From NCBI GenBank assembly GCA_016219595.1, contig JACRLY010000021.1:6083-70082 (forward strand): a stretch of DNA of 64,000 bases, given 5' to 3'. Positions 55,296-64,000 of the stretch are shown here, in pieces. How positions within the stretch are numbered: position 1 is the stretch's first letter; each line of letters starts with the position of its first letter. The position numbers were made by a program, and so were the translations under genes. The stretch comes from Ignavibacteriota bacterium (GTDB taxonomy: Bacteria > Bacteroidota > Ignavibacteria > Kapaibacteriales > UBA2268). The notes beneath the pieces were generated by a model. It saw only the letters and a list, made by a program, of their open reading frames with translations, had not been told where the DNA came from and made no database searches.

Positions 55296-57707
55296 TCACA
55301 TCTTCACAAACCTTAATACTCTATCACCACCTCTAATAAAATATACTCCTGTACTCAACCTGCTTACATCTATTTTGTCTTTGTAATCAGTTACCATAAC
55401 TTTTAATCCGAGAAAATTATATATTTCAACATCTGATAATTTTACATCATCGGAACGATGTAATTGAATGAAATCGTGAGCAGGATTTGGATAAACACTA
55501 ATACTTTCGCCATCAATTATTATATAATCATCCACCCCAGTCAATATTGTTTTGTTTGTGAGTAATCCAATATCAGTTCCGAGATGAAGATAGTTGTTTG
55601 CATCAATGGAGAAGTCGTTTATTTGGAAATTCAGATATTCTCTTCCGTTTATTTTCAAATTGTATAGTTCGAACTTCCCTTTGCCGATATAACGGTACAT
55701 ATATCCCGTGTAATCACAAGCCCAAATCCTGCCATCGAGTAGTTTTTTATGGGTAATGTACCAGCCGATAATACCGCACTCAGATTTGGGTATGCTATCC
55801 CATTTTTCGGTTGCGATGTCGAAAAAGTAGTAATGATCACGCATAAAGTAATCTGCAAGAAGTTCATTTGAAGCAATATCATAAAATAATGTATTTGCAA
55901 ATACTTTGTTTATTGAATCATACATTGGGATATTATAGATTTTACTTTCAATAGGATTAAATTTAATTAGAGATTCAGATGTATAAATCCAGACATTTAA
56001 ATTGTTATCAATAGTAACAGCTTTGGGGACTGTGTCATGTTGGACTAAATAAAAACCACCAATCCTTTCATAATAATAATCCGGCATGCATGAATTGTAT
56101 TTATCATAAGTTGTTAATACTTTTGTCGCTGTATTATATATCGAAAGGAATGAGTTAAGAGAATCGGAATCTTCATTTAAATAATAATGTCCTAATGAGA
56201 CCAGGTATTCATTATAAGAATCGAAGTCTTCAATATAAGCATCATGTTTATCCATAAATCCCATATCGATATTTAATAATTCAATATTATCCCAAGTTGT
56301 CAAAATAGGACTTAATAATGTGTTGTCAATCCTGCGACAATTGAAATAAACATTACCATCCTGACAAGGTAAAATTTTATAACTATCAGAGACTAAACTA
56401 GGTCTAATGAATGATGAATCTGTTTCGCATAGCAGGGGTTCTGAATAAATATTCCTACCCTTGAAAATTCCTTTTCCATCCTTCCGAATACCAAATTCAA
56501 CTATAGAAGAAAACGGTGTATTTGATTCGATAGGAGGAATAATATTTCTATCATCAAGACAATAGAGTGTACCAATAGAATAATCAGGTTTATAAGAATA
56601 TGTTATTTTAACATATCTTTTACCATTAACAAGCCTTGGAGCAGAGAAGTAAACGCTATCAGGAATCCCAAAGTCTTGAGGAGTATTTTTTATCCATCCC
56701 GTATCATTTTTAAAATAAATAAATTTGCTTGAATATGCTACAAGTGTACCATCATCGAGAATGCTTAACGTGTTAATAAATTTATCATCATCATATACCA
56801 AATATTCGGTTACAATTCCTGAATTGATATCATACTTTATCGGATGAGCAATTGTACTATTATCATTAGAGGCGATACACCATATATTACCATCTATGTC
56901 TGTGATAAATGGCCTGGTTTCGCGGGGTGCTAATAAATTAATATCAAATATATAAGACATAGACCAGGAAGTATCATGATATACATAAACTCCTATGGGA
57001 TTTTTCAAGAAGACATCATCGTTGGCGCTTGCTAATGAAATATTAGCACCATAATTATACATATCATAATAAGGAAATTCATCTTTTGATTGAAATGTTC
57101 TCACAATACCACTATCAGCAATAATAGCAATTTTTATTCTTTCGTTATTAGATTCAGTGAAATAATAAACAGTATTGGTTTTTGTATTATCATTAAACAA
57201 AGCCCAGCACTGGTCTTTGTGAAAAAAAAGTTTTGCTAAATCAAATTTATATTTGATTGAATCACTTAAATCAAAAGTTTTCCATACTCCATTGCTGTAT
57301 TTGTGTACTTTGTGAGATGAGAAAGTCCAGATGTTACCGCTCGAATCCTTGTAGAGGTCTCTTGCATCCGTGTCGGGATAACTTGTGCATATATGTTTGT
57401 CTTTTGTGATTACACCATTCTCAATAACAGCTAATCCGCCGTTTGTGCTAATAAGAATTGTATTATCGGTCATTGACATTAATGTGTTGATATAATTCCC
57501 CGAAAGGTCGGAATTGAGGGAAGTTTTGTTTTCACTTTCTTTTGTTGTCAAATCATAAACAGTCATTCCATTATTTCTTCCGATATACATTTTATTACCA
57601 TCGCTCGCAAATTGCCTGACGAAGTCATAATTAGTTCTGAGTTCCCATTGGGAAAGAGCAATGTTTGTTAGTAGAACTATAGTGAAAAATTTGACAAATA
57701 GCTTCAT
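55296..57707 (-). CDS. Secreted protein of about 800 aa with Reg_prop-like propeller repeats and T9SS CTD (PorZ-like architecture)
   Basis: Signal peptide. STNGGLAVIENGVIT and NIWTFSSHKVHKYSNGVWKTF repeats. CTD VYPNPAHDFIQL...DYKDKIDVSRLSTGVYFIRGGDRVLRFVKM. SD GAGGA. Confidence 0.75.
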   Translation of the reverse strand: MKLFVKFFTIVLLTNIALSQWELRTNYDFVRQFASDGNKMYIGRNNGMTVYDLTTKESENKTSLNSDLSGNYINTLMSMTDNTILISTNGGLAVIENGVITKDKHICTSYPDTDARDLYKDSSGNIWTFSSHKVHKYSNGVWKTFDLSDSIKYKFDLAKLFFHKDQCWALFNDNTKTNTVYYFTESNNERIKIAIIADSGIVRTFQSKDEFPYYDMYNYGANISLASANDDVFLKNPIGVYVYHDTSWSMSYIFDINLLAPRETRPFITDIDGNIWCIASNDNSTIAHPIKYDINSGIVTEYLVYDDDKFINTLSILDDGTLVAYSSKFIYFKNDTGWIKNTPQDFGIPDSVYFSAPRLVNGKRYVKITYSYKPDYSIGTLYCLDDRNIIPPIESNTPFSSIVEFGIRKDGKGIFKGRNIYSEPLLCETDSSFIRPSLVSDSYKILPCQDGNVYFNCRRIDNTLLSPILTTWDNIELLNIDMGFMDKHDAYIEDFDSYNEYLVSLGHYYLNEDSDSLNSFLSIYNTATKVLTTYDKYNSCMPDYYYERIGGFYLVQHDTVPKAVTIDNNLNVWIYTSESLIKFNPIESKIYNIPMYDSINKVFANTLFYDIASNELLADYFMRDHYYFFDIATEKWDSIPKSECGIIGWYITHKKLLDGRIWACDYTGYMYRYIGKGKFELYNLKINGREYLNFQINDFSIDANNYLHLGTDIGLLTNKTILTGVDDYIIIDGESISVYPNPAHDFIQLHRSDDVKLSDVEIYNFLGLKVMVTDYKDKIDVSRLSTGVYFIRGGDRVLRFVKM

Positions 57708-57743
57708 AATGAATCCTCTAATATATTATTATCATTTAATTTC

Positions 57744-60170
57744 TCACATCTTCACAAACTTATATATTTTGCCTCCTGTTTTCAGGAAATACACTCCGGC
57801 ATTCAATCCGCTGACATCTATTCTGTCTTTGTAATCAGTGACCAGAACTTTTATTCCGAGAACATTATATATTTCAACATCTGAAAATTTTACATTATCG
57901 GAATAATGTAACTGAATGAAATCAGTTGCGGGATTGGGATAAATACTAATATTTGCCACTTCAATGATTGTATTTTCTTCAACACCGGTCAATATTGTTT
58001 TATTTGTCAGCAAGCCTATGTCTGTGCCGAGATGAAGATAGTTGTTTGCATCAATGGAAAAATCATTAATGAAGAATCCAAGGTTAGGTTTTCCATTCAC
58101 CTGTAAATTATATGGAGTGAAATGTCCTTTACCTGCATAACGGTACATATAGCCCAAATCATCACAAGCCCAGACATTGTTGTCGAGGAGTTTTTTGTGA
58201 GTAACATAATTGCCGATGAAACCTGCATCTGCTTTGGGAATACTATCCCATTTTTCAGTGGCAATATCAAAGTAAAAAAACATGGTGTGAATAGTATTTC
58301 TGAAATCAACGTATAATCCAACGAGTTCGTTTGATTTAGAATCAAAGTTGAATTGCTTTAATGAAATATGATAATTTTTAACTGAATCATATACAGGTAT
58401 ATCATATACTTTACTATCAGAGGGATTAAACTTGATTAATGATAAATTGGTTTTTATCCATACATTCATATCATTATCTACAGTAACTTTAGAAGGAATA
58501 GTATCCATACCATACCTAAAATAACCATCTATTATATAATAAAAATCGGGCAAAGGTGAGTTATTTCTGTCATAATTTAATAATGTACCCTCGGATGTAT
58601 TATAAATAGAAATATAAGAAGAATAATTAGTAGTCAATGAATCATAATCATATTCATATCTCCCCAAAGCAACTAAATAATTGTCTTTAACATCAAAATC
58701 AATTATTTCCGGATTTTTTTCTATAAAACCCATGTCTCTTTTAATTAATTCGTCTCCATCCCAGGTTGTGAGAAAAGGAGTTGAACCGGAAGGACCGGAT
58801 AACCTTTGGCTTGTATAATATACATAGCCATCCAAACACGGTTTGATATCAATCACATTAGAAACCAAATCGGGTCTAACAAATCCAGATTCAGCTTCAT
58901 ATTGATAAGTTTCAATATAAGAAAACTTTCCTAAGAACATCCCTTTGCCGTCTTTATTTATACCAAACTGGGTTATTGTTGAATATGGGAATCCTTTTGT
59001 TATGGGTAGTATTTGAGACCCGTCATCTAAACATATTGTTGTTCCAACAATAATATTTGTGTCCTTTTTAGGTGAATAAGAAATCACTGAATAAATTTTA
59101 CCATTAACTAAAACAGGGTATGTAAAATATACACTATCCGGTATACCTAAATCGGTGGACTTTTTTCTAGTCCATCCGGTATCATTATAAAAATGCAGAT
59201 TAAATCTTGTGTAAGCAATTATAGTACCGTCATTGAGTATTATCATGCTTGCTATATATTTCTCATCTTCGGTACTAAGATGATGAGTCATTATACTTGT
59301 ATTTAAATTATAGCTTGCAGGGTGTGCTGTGTTTGCAAGTTCGTCTCTAACTATTGTCCATAAATTATTGTTATTGTCTAAGAGCAAGTCAGAGAGCCAA
59401 AATGGTTCAAAAGGAGAATCCAGAAAAATATTTGTCTTTGACCATATATTATTGCGATATTGATATATTCCATCACCATTTTTGAGGTACACATCATCAG
59501 CAGCACTTATAAATGAGACAGAACCCTGACGATATGGAAATTCTTCTTTTGACTGGAATGTTTTGATAATACCTGTATCATCAATAACAGCGATTTTCAA
59601 ATATTCATCACTAACATCTGAATAATAATAAACAGTCTCAGTTTTTGTATTGTCATTAAACAAAGCCCAACATTGGTCTTTATGAAAAAATAAACTTGCC
59701 AAATCGAAACGATACGTTATAGAATCACTAATGTCATAAGATTTCCAAACACCATCACTGTATTTATGTACTTTGTGGGATGAGAATGTCCAGATGCTGC
59801 CGCTTGAATCAATGTAAAGGTCTCTTGCATCCGTGTCGGGATAACTCGAACATATCGGCTTATCATTTGTAATTACTCCATTTTCAATTAATGCTAAACC
59901 GCCGTTCGTACTGATGAGAATTGTATTATCGTTCAGTGGCATTAATGTGTTAATGTAATTTCCCGGCAGTTCGGAATTGAGAGAAGTCAAATTGACACCT
60001 TCTTTAGTTGCAAAATCATAGGCAGTCATTCCGTTGTTTCTTCCCATGTACAATTTATTACCATCGCTGGCTAATTTTCTTATGAAATCGGAATTGTACC
60101 TTAGCTCCCATTGCGGCTTTACGAGATTAGTCAGAAATACAAAGAACAGAATTTTAATGAATGTTTTCAT
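57744..60170 (-). CDS. Tandem paralog of 55296-57707 (PorZ-like architecture) with T9SS CTD
   Basis: The N-terminal 200 aa or so are strongly similar to the neighbour. CTD IYPNPATDFIQL...DYKDRIDVSGLNAGVYFLKTGGKIYKFVKM. Start set to the ATG of MKTFIK, which follows SD GGGTGAT; the track GTG start lies inside that SD. Confidence 0.75.
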   Translation of the reverse strand: MKTFIKILFFVFLTNLVKPQWELRYNSDFIRKLASDGNKLYMGRNNGMTAYDFATKEGVNLTSLNSELPGNYINTLMPLNDNTILISTNGGLALIENGVITNDKPICSSYPDTDARDLYIDSSGSIWTFSSHKVHKYSDGVWKSYDISDSITYRFDLASLFFHKDQCWALFNDNTKTETVYYYSDVSDEYLKIAVIDDTGIIKTFQSKEEFPYRQGSVSFISAADDVYLKNGDGIYQYRNNIWSKTNIFLDSPFEPFWLSDLLLDNNNNLWTIVRDELANTAHPASYNLNTSIMTHHLSTEDEKYIASMIILNDGTIIAYTRFNLHFYNDTGWTRKKSTDLGIPDSVYFTYPVLVNGKIYSVISYSPKKDTNIIVGTTICLDDGSQILPITKGFPYSTITQFGINKDGKGMFLGKFSYIETYQYEAESGFVRPDLVSNVIDIKPCLDGYVYYTSQRLSGPSGSTPFLTTWDGDELIKRDMGFIEKNPEIIDFDVKDNYLVALGRYEYDYDSLTTNYSSYISIYNTSEGTLLNYDRNNSPLPDFYYIIDGYFRYGMDTIPSKVTVDNDMNVWIKTNLSLIKFNPSDSKVYDIPVYDSVKNYHISLKQFNFDSKSNELVGLYVDFRNTIHTMFFYFDIATEKWDSIPKADAGFIGNYVTHKKLLDNNVWACDDLGYMYRYAGKGHFTPYNLQVNGKPNLGFFINDFSIDANNYLHLGTDIGLLTNKTILTGVEENTIIEVANISIYPNPATDFIQLHYSDNVKFSDVEIYNVLGIKVLVTDYKDRIDVSGLNAGVYFLKTGGKIYKFVKM

Positions 60171-60579
60171 AGCAATCACCCATGAAGATTTAGAAAATAT
60201 ATATATTTAATTATTAATTTCTAATTAAAATCTTTCTTGTGTCAGCCCTATTATAGTAATAACAAAAAAAAAGGGAAAATGTTTCAGTGCATTACTGATT
60301 TTTTATTTGTTTGGATTATTGAATTTCCTTTTTTTAGGATTTTAAATCCGATAAAATAATTGAAGATTAAATGGGTTTAACATCATAATATGAAATAAGA
60401 CATAATAATCCTGAAACAAATCGTTCAAATTAGGATTTATTTAATAAGGAAGCATAGAGTACTCTTAGAAATAAAAAATACTGAAGTTAATTAATAACTG
60501 AAGAAAATATGAAACTTTTTTTTAAAGTAATCGTTCTTTATTATGTAACATATTTTGTATTTGAAGGGAGGATAAAAAT

Positions 60580-61119
60580 ATGCCGCGAATGAATTTTCCA
60601 TCGGTTTTCTGGTCAATGGCTTTTATAGTGATTTTATTTTCTTATATCATTTCCGGTTGTGAAAAAAACAGCATTTCCAATGTTGGCAAACCGACTGGAG
60701 CTTTGGTGCAATACTCTGAGTGCAAAAATACAATTGTCGGCAAGACCGAAATTGATATAACATCGAACAATCTTGATTGCATAGAGTATAGCTATGATGT
60801 AAAATCAAATAGTTTGATTTTAAAGCACATTAATGCCGGATTCAATTGCTGCCCGGGTAAAATCACTGCCGATATTTCAATTAACAGCGATGCAATAATT
60901 ATCAATGAAAAGGAACAGGAAGCAGGCTGCCATTGCAATTGTTTATTTGATATTGATTATAAAATTGAAAATCTTATTTCCAGGTCGTTCAAAATCGTAA
61001 TAGTCGAGCCCTATCGTCCAGTCGAAGAAGATGTATTAGAGTTCAATATTGATTTGAATGTTAATCCATCAGGTAAGTTTTGCGTAGAACGCAATAACTA
61101 CCCGTGGAATATTAAGTAA
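60580..61119 (+). CDS. Cys-rich hypothetical lipoprotein
   Basis: Lipobox IISGC. Cysteines at CKNT, CIEY, NCCPG, GCHCNC, FCVE. Strong SD GGGAGGA. Confidence 0.65.
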   Translation: MPRMNFPSVFWSMAFIVILFSYIISGCEKNSISNVGKPTGALVQYSECKNTIVGKTEIDITSNNLDCIEYSYDVKSNSLILKHINAGFNCCPGKITADISINSDAIIINEKEQEAGCHCNCLFDIDYKIENLISRSFKIVIVEPYRPVEEDVLEFNIDLNVNPSGKFCVERNNYPWNIK

Positions 61120-61229
61120 TTTACAATTTTTCATTACAAATAATAACTAGTATGAAGAAAGCTTCTGAATATCAGCAAATAAAAATTATTTGGAAGCTCT
61201 GTTCGGAGAATTAAACCCACAATGTGGGA

Positions 61230-63350
61230 TTAATTCTTAATAACCATTTTTGCTAAATGTGCAACCGGCACATTAATGAAGTATACTCCCGGCGTAAGGG
61301 ATTCAGTATTCAAATGAATTTTATGTATTATTCCTTCATTAAGTAACCCGGTCTGAATAGTTTGAATGGTTTTCCCAAACAAATCACAAATATTTATTGT
61401 CATCTTTTCATTATTCCCGGCGATTTCCAAAACAATCTTATCCATAAACGGATTCGGATATACAGTTAAATTTGATTCATTGTTGATTTGCGGATATTCC
61501 TCGACAGACACTACCGAATCAACAGTTCTATAAACACCTGTAGTAGTTGTTGCATAAATATGTTTATCTTTCAAATAATTTACATGCGAGGTAGGTGATG
61601 CTATTATACCGGAATCACTTAAAATCCAGGTTCTGTTATCGAAGTCATAAGTAAAAAGTCCATAATCCAATCCGGCATACAATGTATTCGAAATTTTATT
61701 TATGTCATTGAACTGGAACTCACCTACAAAATCATCGCCGGTTAAACCATCATTAATTAATCTCCAAATATTACCACGGTCATTTGACTCTATTACACCT
61801 GATTTAGGATAACTAATCCAAATAAAATCTCCATCCATTTCAATCTTTTGTCCATAAAATTCGCCGGCTAAATCCATACAGGTTTTTGGAATCCATGTAA
61901 TTCCATAGTCGGTAGAATAATAAACCGTAACATCTTCAGTATATATTATTTCATCATTTTCTCCAAGATTGATTACTGCTGAATTAAAATTATCCAATAA
62001 TTTCTCCCAGCTTTGACCATCATTCTTCGATACATACAAATTTGAACTTAATCCCTGTCCGTTTGCAAGGTAAAGATGACCTAAAGAATTTTCTTTCAAA
62101 TCATATGTTCTGGTATTTTCGAATCCGGGAACATTTTCCCATGTTGTTCCGTCGTCTGACGAAAATAAGAAATAATCCAGGTAAGATGACCATATATACA
62201 ACTTGTCGTTTTTATCAAGTAAAACTCCGTTCATATAATCTATATTTATTCCATTCATCGGATTGAAACTCCATGAATTACCTTTGTCGGTCGATGAATA
62301 CAAACCAATCAGTGACATTGCGAAAATTTTCCCGTTACTATTTATATCATAACTTGTAATCATAGGAAAACCGGGATTATCAGCAATAACTGTCCAATTT
62401 TCTCCATCGTCTTTTGAAGTGAATATTCCGTTTGAACATACATATATTTTTTCATTGTATATGTCAATATCGTTGATACTGTAATCTGCAAATGATGCCG
62501 TTGATTTTGTCCATGTTAAACCGTCATCTGCCGATATATAAATTCCCCCGTCCTCAGAACCTGCAATTAATTTTCCGTTTTTAGTATAGACCATAGAGGT
62601 TATAGAAACTGTTTTAGGGGAATTATTAAGTCTGTTCCAGGTTTGTCCATCATCTGCAGACACATAAACACCACTCGTATCAGTGCCTGCAAATACTTTA
62701 CCATTACCGAAAGCAAAACATCGAATCCACGATGAATCAAGTCCATCGGTATAATAATTATAAGCCAGTGAAGCCGTGTCAATAACCCATACCCCTTTAT
62801 TCGATGCAAACAACTTCCCTGATGGCGATAAAGCCATCCTTGTTCTGCTGTTTCCCAGGTGAGTATCTTCCCAAAATTCACATCTTGACCACGAACTGCC
62901 GCTGTCATCTGAAAAGTATAAATCGTATGTTCGGTTTGCAAATATCCTTCCATTGCTGCATGCAATAAAATCCTGGATATTTTCCATGGTGTCTTGTATA
63001 AGTCCCCAGCTATTACCTCCGTCTATCGACCGGAATACTCCTCCGTCACTCATGGACGAAAATAAATATCCGTTTTTTGCTATTGCTATCGATTGTATTA
63101 TCAATTTTGTACGGGAGAGTTTTACTGTTTGTCCCTGTGCTGTCACCTCATCAATCACATTCCATGAAGTACCGTCATCGGTTGATTTATACATACCCAA
63201 AAAACAGGTATATAAGTTCCCGCTTGAATCTATTGCAAGTTCCTTTGTGGGTGAATCATTCGGTACATTGACCTTCTCCCAATAATCCTTTGAATGTAAA
63301 GTACCTGAAAAAATTAAAATACAAACAAGAAAAATGACAAGTTGTTTCAT
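61230..63350 (-). CDS. Secreted BNR/Asp-box multi-propeller protein (sortilin/VPS10- or GH74-like repeats) with T9SS CTD
   Basis: About 11 Asp-boxes (STDDGTSW, SIDGGNSW, SDDSGSSW, SADDGQTW, SADDGLTW, SKDDGENW, STDKGNSW, SSDDGTTW, SKNDGQSW, STDYGITW, SNDRGNIW). CTD VYPNPFMDKIVLEI...GVYFINVP. Confidence 0.8.
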   Translation of the reverse strand: MKQLVIFLVCILIFSGTLHSKDYWEKVNVPNDSPTKELAIDSSGNLYTCFLGMYKSTDDGTSWNVIDEVTAQGQTVKLSRTKLIIQSIAIAKNGYLFSSMSDGGVFRSIDGGNSWGLIQDTMENIQDFIACSNGRIFANRTYDLYFSDDSGSSWSRCEFWEDTHLGNSRTRMALSPSGKLFASNKGVWVIDTASLAYNYYTDGLDSSWIRCFAFGNGKVFAGTDTSGVYVSADDGQTWNRLNNSPKTVSITSMVYTKNGKLIAGSEDGGIYISADDGLTWTKSTASFADYSINDIDIYNEKIYVCSNGIFTSKDDGENWTVIADNPGFPMITSYDINSNGKIFAMSLIGLYSSTDKGNSWSFNPMNGINIDYMNGVLLDKNDKLYIWSSYLDYFLFSSDDGTTWENVPGFENTRTYDLKENSLGHLYLANGQGLSSNLYVSKNDGQSWEKLLDNFNSAVINLGENDEIIYTEDVTVYYSTDYGITWIPKTCMDLAGEFYGQKIEMDGDFIWISYPKSGVIESNDRGNIWRLINDGLTGDDFVGEFQFNDINKISNTLYAGLDYGLFTYDFDNRTWILSDSGIIASPTSHVNYLKDKHIYATTTTGVYRTVDSVVSVEEYPQINNESNLTVYPNPFMDKIVLEIAGNNEKMTINICDLFGKTIQTIQTGLLNEGIIHKIHLNTESLTPGVYFINVPVAHLAKMVIKN

Positions 63351-63511
63351 AATAATTACTCCGAATCGAATATGAATTATTCTAAGATGTATATCAAAAC
63401 AAAGCTAATGAAAATTTTAATTATTTCAAATTCTTTAAATAAATATTAAATCCGGAATTGTAAAAAGTAAAAGTTATATAAGACAATTTGAAGAATATTT
63501 AACTGGAGTTT

Positions 63512-64000
63512 TTATTTTTTGGTTTTCATCAACAGTTTTTTTATAGAGTCAATGCTTCTTTTTTCGTCATCCTGGTACGATTGCATTAACTGCTCTTTAG
63601 ATACAACCTGTTTGGGAGCAGAAGGTGTGAAAAATATTTCTTTTGTTTCATCCTCTTCCGGGATTTCAATAGTTTTGATTTCAGGAACAGGTTTTGATTT
63701 CTCGGCAGTAGGTTTATTATTCTCCAATTCTATCAGTTGCCCTGCAGCAATTTTATCAAGATTATCCTTGCCGAAGATATTAATCAATTTTTCAAATACA
63801 GTTGCTCTCGTAAAAGGCTTCGATATGAATCCTGAGACACCGGCTTTAACAGCAAGACCTAAGTTCTCGGTATTAGACATAGCAGACACCATAAGAATCG
63901 GAATATGTTTTGTCACTTTGATTTTCTTCAGTATTTTCAGGGTAAGCTGACCACTCAGCTCAGGCATCAATATATCCAGTATTATCAGGTTGGGAACATA
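63512..64000 (-). CDS. Response-regulator receiver protein with charged C-terminal extension (5' end outside window)
   Basis: The frame is open to the window edge. It reads ...VPNLIILDILMPELSG...PILMVSAMS...GFISKPF. Confidence 0.75.
   Translation of the reverse strand, partial: YVPNLIILDILMPELSGQLTLKILKKIKVTKHIPILMVSAMSNTENLGLAVKAGVSGFISKPFTRATVFEKLINIFGKDNLDKIAAGQLIELENNKPTAEKSKPVPEIKTIEIPEEDETKEIFFTPSAPKQVVSKEQLMQSYQDDEKRSIDSIKKLLMKTKK

Noticed and set aside
44065-63350. tRNA-Pro-adjacent 19-kb block as an integrative element or genomic island
   Set aside because: I found no integrase, recombinase or mobility gene, and no repeat of the tRNA 3' end in the spacers I inspected (60180-60579 and 63351-63511).

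Overview
Low-GC bacterial chromosome segment with about 50 protein genes, one tRNA and no rRNA, CRISPR array, transposase or integrase. Many Por/T9SS-type C-terminal sorting domains together with strong Shine-Dalgarno sites suggest an FCB-group organism, possibly Ignavibacteriota-like (inference only). Left to right: S8 protease and TonB. An AT-rich accessory stretch follows, with a PD-(D/E)XK nuclease-like gene and a radical SAM/SPASM gene bracketed by 199-bp direct repeats. Then an ArnT-like glycosyltransferase preceded by mazEF, and three tandem Omp28-like CxxC surface proteins. An MNT/HEPN toxin-antitoxin cassette is bracketed by 29-bp direct repeats, and its HEPN gene has one in-frame stop. 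An orphan nuoD with one in-frame stop comes next, then trmH, a thioesterase and an hsp20-hsp20-dnaK heat-shock cluster. Two tandem TonB-dependent receptor / YfiR-like / histidine-kinase modules sit with a phosphorelay that has no output domain; they are framed by one intact copy and two relics of a YgbA-like gene. After gmk and tRNA-Pro(GGG) comes a 19-kb array of eight secreted beta-propeller proteins (WD40, Reg_prop-like, BNR), six of which share a near-identical CTD cassette at the nucleotide level. The strongest candidate for an undescribed system is the receptor / YfiR-like / kinase module, followed by the propeller island. All family calls come from motif recognition by eye, not from searches. 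Several ORF-track starts were trimmed because the alternative GTG/TTG start lies inside the Shine-Dalgarno sequence of a downstream ATG.
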